Source: an uncultured Candidatus Saccharibacteria bacterium
Lineage (GTDB): Bacteria > Patescibacteriota > Saccharimonadia > CAILAD01 > GCA-016700035
Reading direction: 5' to 3'
Length of the DNA stretch: 64,000 nucleotides
Assembly: GCA_964535385.1 (NCBI GenBank)
Contig: CAZHSY010000004.1
Location: 7,762-71,761, forward strand
Positions 26,358 to 34,600 of the stretch are shown here, in pieces. The translations under genes were made by a program, and so were the position numbers. Every line of letters starts with the position of its first letter. The stretch's first letter is position 1. A model generated the notes under the pieces. It was not told the origin of the DNA. It saw only the letters and a program-made list of their open reading frames with translations, and did no database searches.

Positions 26358-26431
26358 GCGGGTATCGTTTAATGGTAGGATGCGACCTTCCTAAGGTTGA
26401 GACACGGGTCCGATTCCCGTTACCCGCTCCA
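26358..26431 (+). tRNA. tRNA with a Gly-like acceptor (GCGGG.../U73) but an anticodon that folds as CCU. Isotype is ambiguous: Arg by anticodon.
   Basis: GCGGGTATCGTTTAATGGTAGGATGCGACCTTCCTAAGGTTGAGACACGGGTCCGATTCCCGTTACCCGCTCCA. Anticodon stem CGACC/GGTTG and loop TTCCTAA give anticodon CCT. The T-loop reads TCCGATT. The 7 bp acceptor stem is perfect. Confidence 0.7.
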
Positions 26432-26449
26432 TTTGAAAATAAATACCAT

Positions 26450-26526
26450 GCCGGTGTAGCTCAGTTGGCCAGAGCAATGCTTTCGTAAAGCAGAGGTCGG
26501 CGGTTCAAATCCGCCCATCGGCTCCA
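26450..26526 (+). tRNA. tRNA-Thr (anticodon CGU).
   Basis: GCCGGTGTAGCTCAGTTGGCCAGAGCAATGCTTTCGTAAAGCAGAGGTCGGCGGTTCAAATCCGCCCATCGGCTCCA; anticodon loop TTCGTAA. Confidence 0.85.
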
Positions 26527-26660
26527 GGAGTAAGTCCTTTGAGAGAGGCTTTACCCCTGGATGCAGGCAGGATTAGATTGCAGGTTTGAGGTGACCAGTG
26601 TGTTGACAGTGACATGAAAGTGCTAGCTCCTGGTTTCTCCCTCCTATATACTTAACCTAT

Positions 26661-27038
26661 ATGAATAAACTGCTTGCCTCCATACGCCGCAATGGCTTAT
26701 GGCATAATAACTGGCTTCTCGGGCTGCTGGGCGTCATTATTCTCCTAAATATTGTGACCAGTATTTTTGTAGCCGTTCAAGTCCCACCCGAAAGTGCTAC
26801 TCTACCTGTGCGTTTTACCTCGCTGACGCAGTTTGATCAGACCGGCACGGTGCATGACTTCTATCTAATAGCGGGGTTGTCTTGGCTGATTTTGTTCATT
26901 AATACAGTGCTAGCTATGAGTGTATATCAGAGGAGTCGTATTACGAGCTTTATGTTAATTATTGTCAGCCTAGGCTTAAGTTTATTTGTCTTACAGACGG
27001 CAACCTTTTATATTGGGGTGATTCATGGCACGAGTTAG
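26661..27038 (+). CDS. Small polytopic membrane protein (4 predicted TM helices).
   Basis: 125 aa, highly hydrophobic. Its stop overlaps the start of the GT2 gene. Confidence 0.5.
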   Translation: MNKLLASIRRNGLWHNNWLLGLLGVIILLNIVTSIFVAVQVPPESATLPVRFTSLTQFDQTGTVHDFYLIAGLSWLILFINTVLAMSVYQRSRITSFMLIIVSLGLSLFVLQTATFYIGVIHGTS

Positions 27039-28737
27039 TTCAATCACCGGAACTGGTGTAAAAGCGCCGTACCCGATCGTGCGTGTGCTCGAGGTGATTC
27101 CTGGCCTGGCGACCTGGCTGACGCTCTTTGCACCAATCATTCTGTCCATTTATGCCCCTATAGTGGTAGCGGTGTTTATTATTGCTTTTGACCTTTTCTG
27201 GCTTATGAAGTCTATCCGCATGTCGAGCTCCCTTATAGCTGGTTACCGGCGCTTACAGCAGGCTATGCGGACAGATTGGAACCAGCAGCTCGGTTTTTTA
27301 GAGGCAGGTGAACTTGGAGAGGGTGAGGTGAAGGCGGCCATAACAGAGCACGCCCATTCGAAACCCTGGGGACTCTGGTGGATGACTAAGGCGGGTCGCC
27401 GTTGGCGAGAACACCTATTGCGGTTCAAGCAAACTGAGCTGGATATTACGCAGTTTAGCTCGAGTGCAGATAGCCTCAAGCCGTCTGAGATTTACCATCT
27501 AGTTATTTTGGCTACATATAATGAAACACTTGATACTTTGCGCCCGTCGATCCAGGCTGTGTGTCAGTCCGGCTATGATCTGAAGAAAATGATTTTTGTC
27601 TTGGCTTATGAGGAACGAGGCGGCGCGCAGACCAAAGAGCGAGCTGCTACGCTAGCTAAAGAGTTTAAGGCATCGTTTGGCGAGTTCTATACAGTTGAGC
27701 ATCCAGCTGATATCCTCGGCGAGCATAAAGGTAAGGGGGCTAATATCACCTATGCCGCCAAGCAGGCGCTCCCCAAGCTTGATGCCGCCAAGATTCCTTA
27801 TAATAGGGTAGTAGTTACGACCCTGGACGCTGATCATCGTCCAGATAAGCAATATTTCTCGGCCTTAACCTATGCTTATTTAACGACAGTTGATGTACTT
27901 CACACAACATATCAGCCGACTCCTATGTTCCTTAATAATATTTGGGATGCCCCAGCCCCGATGCGAGTCATAGCTACGAGTAACTCTTTCTGGGTCATGA
28001 TTAACTCAGTCCGGCCTCAATTCTTACGCAACTTTGCTGCCCACGCTCAGCCCCTAGAGGCGCTCCTCGATACTGATTTCTGGTCGGTTACATCACCGGT
28101 AGAGGATGGCCACCAATATTGGCGGACATTTTTCCGCTATGGTGGTCGCCATACTGTTAGGCCACTCTTCGTTCCCGTTTATCAGGATGCTACGCTTTCG
28201 AAAAGGTATCTAGGAAATTTTAAGAACCAGTACTTACAGATGCAGCGCTGGGCATATGGTGTGTCTGACTTTCCGTACGTTATTATTGCTAGTTTTCAGC
28301 ATCCGGAAATCCCACTGCAACGTCGTTTTATCCAGTCTTGGCGTTTGTTTGAGGGTCATTATTCGTGGGCAACTGCACCTCTAATCTTGAGCACAGTAGC
28401 CTGGCTGCCGCTCTATCTTAGCCCGACATTTAAGTATTCAGTACTGGCTCATCAGTTGCCAGTACTTGCGAGTCAGATCATGACACTCACCATGATGGGC
28501 CTACTTATTACTATCTGGCTCTCATTGTTGCTTTTGCCTCCGCGCCCAAAGCGGTATGGCCCTATGAAACATATCTTTATGATCTTACAGTGGGTACTGG
28601 TGCCGGTGGTATCTATCTGCTTTGGGGCCTTGGCCGCAATCGATGCCCAGACGCGGCTTCTACTGGGCAAGTATCTGACTTTCCGAGTGACCGAGAAAGC
28701 AGTCAAGCAAGATAAGCTCCAAGGGGAGGCCAAGTGA
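27025..28737 (+). CDS. Membrane-embedded family 2 glycosyltransferase (processive, cellulose/chitin-synthase-like).
   Basis: DxD motif in VVTTLDADHRP; QxxRW motif QMQRWAYG. N- and C-terminal TM helices. 570 aa. Confidence 0.75.
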   Translation: MARVSSITGTGVKAPYPIVRVLEVIPGLATWLTLFAPIILSIYAPIVVAVFIIAFDLFWLMKSIRMSSSLIAGYRRLQQAMRTDWNQQLGFLEAGELGEGEVKAAITEHAHSKPWGLWWMTKAGRRWREHLLRFKQTELDITQFSSSADSLKPSEIYHLVILATYNETLDTLRPSIQAVCQSGYDLKKMIFVLAYEERGGAQTKERAATLAKEFKASFGEFYTVEHPADILGEHKGKGANITYAAKQALPKLDAAKIPYNRVVVTTLDADHRPDKQYFSALTYAYLTTVDVLHTTYQPTPMFLNNIWDAPAPMRVIATSNSFWVMINSVRPQFLRNFAAHAQPLEALLDTDFWSVTSPVEDGHQYWRTFFRYGGRHTVRPLFVPVYQDATLSKRYLGNFKNQYLQMQRWAYGVSDFPYVIIASFQHPEIPLQRRFIQSWRLFEGHYSWATAPLILSTVAWLPLYLSPTFKYSVLAHQLPVLASQIMTLTMMGLLITIWLSLLLLPPRPKRYGPMKHIFMILQWVLVPVVSICFGALAAIDAQTRLLLGKYLTFRVTEKAVKQDKLQGEAK

Positions 28738-29795
28738 ACTACTTATTGGCCTTCCTTGTTAGTCTGGTTCTTGCTTTGGGTCTTACGCCTTTAGTCGAGA
28801 AATTTTCTCGACGCGTTGGTGCCATTGATAATCCTAACGAAGCAGCTCGTAAAATACACCAGAAGATCATGCCTCGGGCTGGTGGTCTGGTCTTGTACTT
28901 CGTCTTTATGGTCTGCACCTTAGTGTTCGTTCCAAATCGCCCAGCCGCCTTCGGTGGGCTCGTTGTATCAAGTACATTGGTGTTCCTGATTGGCTTCTGG
29001 GATGACATTCATCGCTTAAGCCCCTGGACGAAGCTGGCTGTACAATTGATCGCAGCCGTCTCGGCGGTATTGGCCTACGGCATTGGGGTGGAGGTACTGA
29101 CAAATCCTCTAGGAGGGCATATCTTTCTAAATACTCAGAGCGTTGATGTGTTAAATGCAACGGTTCCGCTGTGGTCCTTTATCATTACGGTTCTTTGGTT
29201 AGTAGGTATGACAAATACGATTAATTTTCTAGACGGCCTAGACGGCCTAGCTACAGGCGTCAGCGCAATCGCAGCTTTCATCCTCTTTATAGTTTCTCTA
29301 TTACCTCGAATCAACCAGCCAACAACCGCTTTGATGGCGGTGATTTTGTTGGGGGCCTGTCTTGGTTTTTTGCGCTATAATTTTCATCCAGCCCGGATAT
29401 TTCTGGGGGATAGTGGGGCATATTTCTTGGGCATGGTATTGGGTAGTTTGGCGGTGATATCAGGGGCCAAGTTGGCAACTGCTCTATTGGTTTTGGGGAT
29501 TCCGGTTCTTGATGCAATCTGGTCGGTAGTGCGTCGTTTAGCTCATAAGCAGTCTCCTTTTAGTGCTGATCGGGGCCATATACACTATTTATTACTGGAT
29601 GCTGGTTTTACGCATCGCCAAGTAGTCCTTATCATCTATGCCCTTGCCCTGGCTTTTGGCTTGGTAGCTATTATCGGTGATGGCCGGTTCAAGTTGGCTG
29701 GTCTAGTGGTGCTTGTATGCACTATGGGTACTGGCATCATACTTCTGAGCTGGCCACGCTTGAAGCGTCGAGCCATTCCCAAAAAGCATTCCTAG
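28734..29795 (+). CDS. Polyprenyl-phosphate HexNAc-1-phosphate transferase of the MraY/WecA (GT4) superfamily, likely WecA/TagO-like.
   Basis: Signature MTNTINFLDGLDGLATG; 10-11 TM helices; 353 aa. GTG start overlapping the GT2 stop. Confidence 0.75.
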   Translation: MNYLLAFLVSLVLALGLTPLVEKFSRRVGAIDNPNEAARKIHQKIMPRAGGLVLYFVFMVCTLVFVPNRPAAFGGLVVSSTLVFLIGFWDDIHRLSPWTKLAVQLIAAVSAVLAYGIGVEVLTNPLGGHIFLNTQSVDVLNATVPLWSFIITVLWLVGMTNTINFLDGLDGLATGVSAIAAFILFIVSLLPRINQPTTALMAVILLGACLGFLRYNFHPARIFLGDSGAYFLGMVLGSLAVISGAKLATALLVLGIPVLDAIWSVVRRLAHKQSPFSADRGHIHYLLLDAGFTHRQVVLIIYALALAFGLVAIIGDGRFKLAGLVVLVCTMGTGIILLSWPRLKRRAIPKKHS

Positions 29796-29846
29796 ATTGC
29801 TATTTCTCTCCTGGTGGCGTAGAATATACGGCAAGAGGGAGTACCG

Positions 29847-30185
29847 TTGAATCCAAGGGCATTACAAGATTTAATTAAGAATTTGCGAGTCTTTTATCGC
29901 TGTCCGTCTTGTGATGCTGATTACCAGAAAGGTGATATACGTTTTCTTGGTAAGGTTGAGCAGCACTGCTTCATACAGTTGCAATGTGCGAAGTGCTCGT
30001 TACCGGTTCTAGCTACGGTATTACTATCAATCCAACCTAAAAATAAGCGGACTCGACGCAAAGTTCAGCGGCCATCTCTTGGCCATGATACATCTCGCAG
30101 GGAGCGGTCTCGTTTCCAGAGTAGGGGGGCTATTACAGCTCACGAGATTGCTGATTTCTACGCTTATTTGCAGGCTCTCTCCTAG
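29847..30185 (+). CDS. Hypothetical zinc-ribbon protein.
   Basis: CPSC...CAKC tetracysteine and a basic C-terminal half. TTG start. Confidence 0.4.
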   Translation: MNPRALQDLIKNLRVFYRCPSCDADYQKGDIRFLGKVEQHCFIQLQCAKCSLPVLATVLLSIQPKNKRTRRKVQRPSLGHDTSRRERSRFQSRGAITAHEIADFYAYLQALS

Positions 30186-30209
30186 TCCTAGTTATAAAGA
30201 AGAGGTTTT

Positions 30210-30890
30210 ATGAATACATTTGAATTACAGGCTCAGCCGCGCACTGTTAGCGGCAAGAAAGTTAAGGTACTTCGCCAGGATGGTCGCATCCCAGGAGTGG
30301 TGTATGGTAAAGACGTCGAATCATGTTTGGTCGATGTTGATGGCCGGGCTTTACAAAAGCTCATCCAGCAAGCCGGTACGGCTGGTTTGTTGGAACTTAC
30401 AATCGGTGAAGACAAGCCAGTCCATGTCCTGATTAGCGAAGCTCAGATCGATCACCTTGGTGCTATTCGGCATGTTGATTTCCACGCCGTGAAGATGGAT
30501 GAGGTAGTCCGTACCGAAGTGCCACTGCGCTTGGTTGGCGATGTGCCAGCTGTCTACAACCTGGGTGGGAGCTTGGTTCAGGTATTGGAAGAGCTGGAAG
30601 TCGAAGCTTTGCCAGCTGATCTGCCGCAGCATATCGATGTCGATGTGTCTGTTCTCGAAGAATTAGAGGCGCATATTAGTGTTGAGTCTCTCAACGCTCC
30701 GGACAAGGTTACGTTCCTGACCGATCCTCATGAGATGATCTGTAAGGTCGAGTCTCCACGCAGTGATGAAGAGATGGCTGCGCTCGATGAAGAGATGGGC
30801 GAGGCTGTCGCGGCTGAAGATGCTATTGAAGGCGAAGCCGCCGAAAGTGGTCAGGCTAACGGCGCTGATTCGAGTGACAAGGACAAGTAA
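30210..30890 (+). CDS. rplY: Ribosomal protein bL25 (general stress protein Ctc form, with an acidic C-terminal tail).
   Basis: N-terminus RTVSGKKVKVLRQDGRIPGVVYGK is the L25/Ctc signature. Confidence 0.8.
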   Translation: MNTFELQAQPRTVSGKKVKVLRQDGRIPGVVYGKDVESCLVDVDGRALQKLIQQAGTAGLLELTIGEDKPVHVLISEAQIDHLGAIRHVDFHAVKMDEVVRTEVPLRLVGDVPAVYNLGGSLVQVLEELEVEALPADLPQHIDVDVSVLEELEAHISVESLNAPDKVTFLTDPHEMICKVESPRSDEEMAALDEEMGEAVAAEDAIEGEAAESGQANGADSSDKDK

Positions 30891-30922
30891 GCTAGCGCTA
30901 CGCGACTACTCGTACTCAATAT

Positions 30923-30956
30923 AAAAATGGGTTCCACTCTGGAGCCCATTTTTATT
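30923..30956 (+). terminator. Rho-independent terminator after rplY.
   Basis: aaaaatgggttcca-ctc-tggagcccattttt. Confidence 0.65.
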
Positions 30957-31008
30957 ATCTATATCCATAGATCCAGGCCCGAGTTAGTTAGTCTCAGGCT
31001 AAAACTTT

Positions 31009-31033
31009 AAAAGAACCCATATTGGGTTCTTTT
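31009..31033 (-). terminator. Terminator downstream of nrdR; a bidirectional hairpin.
   Basis: aaaactttaaaagaacccat-attgggttcttttcc. Confidence 0.55.
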
Positions 31034-31086
31034 CCGTTACATATAGTCAATGCTGAAGCACTAACTATATGTGGGTATCAACAGCT

Positions 31087-31536
31087 TTAATAATGCTTTA
31101 TGGCAGTCTTGACGTCCGACTTATTACGAAATTCACTGTGCTTTACTAAGTAGCTCATAAAAACGTTTATATCGATAGGTTTGAGTGTTTCGAGGACTAT
31201 TTGCTGTAAGGTGGCGCTCTCAATAGAGTCTTGGCCTCGCATAAGAACCTTATTCTCGATAGTATCGACAATATTATCGACATCAATAATAGATAGGGTT
31301 GACTCCGGTATAACTTTCAGAAGTGAAGCAAATAAAAACGAGCGGCGATAGGGGGTCTCTGCCTCTTGGAGATCAGGGGAGACTACCTGGATCGTAGAAA
31401 GATCCTGCCGCTCGTAGGTTGTAGTAACCTTGCCACAATTCGCACATCGACGTCTGCGCCATATCTGGCTGCCACCTCGTGTCGAGCGCGTATTTACCAC
31501 CTCACTGTGGGGTGATCTGCATTTGGTGCAAACCAT
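31087..31536 (-). CDS. nrdR: Transcriptional repressor NrdR.
   Basis: MVCTKCRSPHSEVVNTRS...RRRRCANCGKVTTTYER zinc ribbon plus an ATP-cone. The start at 31536 is chosen by homology to the NrdR N-terminus; the ORF-track start at 31572 is probably too long. Confidence 0.85.
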   Translation of the reverse strand: MVCTKCRSPHSEVVNTRSTRGGSQIWRRRRCANCGKVTTTYERQDLSTIQVVSPDLQEAETPYRRSFLFASLLKVIPESTLSIIDVDNIVDTIENKVLMRGQDSIESATLQQIVLETLKPIDINVFMSYLVKHSEFRNKSDVKTAIKHY

Positions 31537-31570
31537 GTCTATATATTGACATATAGCTGTAGAGACAGGC

Positions 31571-31607
31571 AAGTGGATAACTCTCTAAAGTTGTGGATAA
31601 CTCTCTA
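31571..31607 (+). promoter_or_regulatory. Two direct 17 bp repeats containing DnaA-box-like TGTGGATAA / AGTGGATAA, in the nrdR / giant-gene divergent promoter region.
   Basis: aagtggataactctcta at 31571-31587 and ttgtggataactctcta at 31591-31607. The DnaA box consensus is TTATCCACA, whose reverse complement is TGTGGATAA. Confidence 0.45.
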
Positions 31608-31667
31608 TGAAGGGTGGAAAAGGCTTATGTTTAGGTATGGCTTTGGTACAATGGGAACAAGTTAAGC

Positions 31668-34600
31668 TTGGCTTACATTCAAATGCAGAAAAAACTATCA
31701 AAAAAAATAAAAAGACTTTCCTGTGGACTAGAACGCCAAACTCGATCGGCTCGTGCTAATTTTTCGGCTTGGCGCGAGCACGCGGTCCTGCCGGCACATG
31801 AGGGGCTACGCCGTCGATTATCCTGGTATGACAGGTGGCACCAGCATCCGCACTATAAGAAAGCTCACTGGGGAATACTTGGTGTATACCTGGTAGCTAT
31901 CGTGGCGCTTTTTAGTATCGTAAAGGTAGCCTTTGCGGCTGATTTTAGTGATGCCTGGGACTTTTCTAGTCCTGGTGACTACAGCTTGACGGACTCAAGC
32001 TTAATAGAGATAGTGAATGGCCACGCTCGGCTCAAGGCCTTGAACTACAGTAGCGATGCACAGACGGCTGCTCTGTATCATTTTGATGAGGGTACTGGGA
32101 CGACAGCGGGTGACAGCTCACCAGGCGCTAATACGGCGAGCATGATAGGAAATCCGACGTGGGCGGTCGGAAACCTCGTAAATGCCCTAACGTTCAATGG
32201 AAGTACTCAATCGCTTTCGGTACCTGATTCGGCCTCAATTTCCATGACTGGCTCGCAGACGGTCGAGGCGTGGATTAAACCAGCGGTTAATTTTAATAAT
32301 TCAGCCACACGGAGTCAGGTTCTCGTTGATAAGGGGTCCTATCGGCTAGGCCTAGATCGGACGTCTGGTAAAGCCTTCTATGAAGTCGAGCGTAATAGCA
32401 TGCAGAGCTGGACAAAGCGTTTGGGCGGTGGACAGGCTGGTAGTTGGTCATTTAACCATACGGGCTTGTGGAGTATGGCGGCTACCGGGTCGGATGTGTA
32501 TGTCGGTACTGCCGGGGCGGCTGGTGATGCCGAAGTCTGGAAGTGGGATAATAGTACCTGGACTATGATTGGCGGCGATGGTATCCGTAATAGCTGGGCT
32601 GATCAGACATACGAGAGTGTTCGCAGTTTGGCTGTTAATGGCAATACACTGTTTGCTGGGATAGGAGATACCTCTGGCGATGGCGAGATTTGGTCATGCT
32701 CTTTATCATCTGGTTGTAGTTCTTGGGTAAAGATTGGTGGCGATGCGGTCGGTACGGGTGGTCCAGCTGCCTTCACATATACTTTAGCTGGATCTATGGT
32801 CGTGCATGGCGGCAGCCTCTACGTTGGGATGTCTGGCGGTGCCGGCGCCGGCGACCTGTTTCGTTATAATGGCGGAACTTCTTGGACGCAAGTGGCTGGT
32901 GACGGCCTGAATGGCAGCTGGGCAGCTTCGACTTTTACTGAGGTCAGCGCCCTGTATAGCGATGGGTCAAACCTCTATGCCGGATTGGCTGGTAGTGCAG
33001 CTGGTACCGGAGATCTCTGGAAATTTAATGGTACGACGTGGTCGCAGATCGGTGGTGACGGCGTAAACCTTGGTGGCGGTGCTTCGTGGAATACAAACTA
33101 CGAAAGGGTGGCCACGATAACTGGCATTGGCGGCGTGCTCTATGTAGGTCTCGGTGATAGCGCACAAGATGCTGAAGTTTGGCGCTTAAGTGGTACGACG
33201 TGGTCGCAGATCGGTGGTGACGGAATCGGTGGTACTTGGAATAGTTCGGTCTTTACTCGGGTGTATAGTCTCGTAAATGACGGCACCAATGTATATGCTG
33301 GCTTGGGAGGTGGTTCGGCTGCCGCTGAAGTTTGGAAGTATGACGGTGTGGCCTGGACTAGGATTGGGGGTGGCGCCACAAACTCGACAACTGGTTGGGC
33401 TACAAGTCTTGTCGGGGCTATGTTATGGGCGAATAACCAGCTCTACGCTGGTCCTTCTTCAACAACTAATTATGGCTCGGCTATGTTCACCTGGAACGGC
33501 TCGGCTTGGACTATGATCGGGGGTCATTATGTGAATAATAGCTGGGGTACCTATAATATTGCTCGTGTGACTTCCTCGGCAACTTTCAATGGAAAGCTTT
33601 ATTATGGTCTCGGCTCATCGGTAAATAATGCTCAAGTCTTTGAATACGACGGCACGACGGCCCGTCGAGTCGGAGGCTCTAGCCTGGATGGGAGTTGGCC
33701 ACCCTGGAGTTATGAGGCCGTTACATCTATGGTAGCCTATAAGGGACAGCTCTACGTCGGGCTTGGTAGTGATGGTGGCGATGCTGAAGTTTGGCGGTGG
33801 AATGGCTCAAGCTGGTCTAAACTGGCTGGTGATGGCGTTAATTCAACCTGGAATGGTGAGTCATCGGTGTCGTCTATGGCGGTTTTCAACGATAAGCTCT
33901 ATATCGGCCTTGGCACTACTTCATATATGGCAGATGTTTGGCAATATGATGGCACTTCTTGGACGCAAGTGGCTGGTGAAGTTGGGAGTGGTAATACAGC
34001 GATCAATGGCTCGTGGCGTCTGAACCCTCGTGCTGTCGATACAATGGCGGTATACAATGGCCAATTATGCGTCGGCTTAGGTGGCTCAGGTGGTTATGGT
34101 GAGGTTTGGTGCTGGACTGGATCTGGGAACTGGACGCGGATCAGTGGCGGCAATAATGCCTCTCTGAATGGTAGCTGGTCAAGCGCTGCCGAGATACTGT
34201 CGCTTACTACCTATAATGGCAAGATGTACGCCAGTGTAATGCCAACTGGGCACGCAGCCTCCATCTGGTCCTGGGATGGATCAAGCTGGATCCAGGTAGC
34301 TGGTGCAGGCCTGAATAGCGGCTGGGTAGATAGTAGCTACACTTGGATTAAAAGCATGACAGTCTATAATGGGTATTTGTATGTCGGCACTGGTTTTAGT
34401 GGCTCATCGAATCCAACCGGTGATGTTTGGCGGTACGACGGTACGAACTGGACTCAGGTCGGTGGTGACAGTATCAATAACAGCTGGAGTGTGAGTGATA
34501 ATCGTGAGGAAGTGACAAGCCTGACTGTCTTCAAAGGTAAGCTTTATGCTGGTACTGGTTTTAGTCCAAATGGCGATGCGCTGGTCTATTCGTTTGGTGA

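Noticed and set aside
26306-26488. 60 aa ORF on the plus strand.
   Set aside because: It lies entirely across two tRNA genes (26358..26431 and 26450..26526), so it is a translation artefact.
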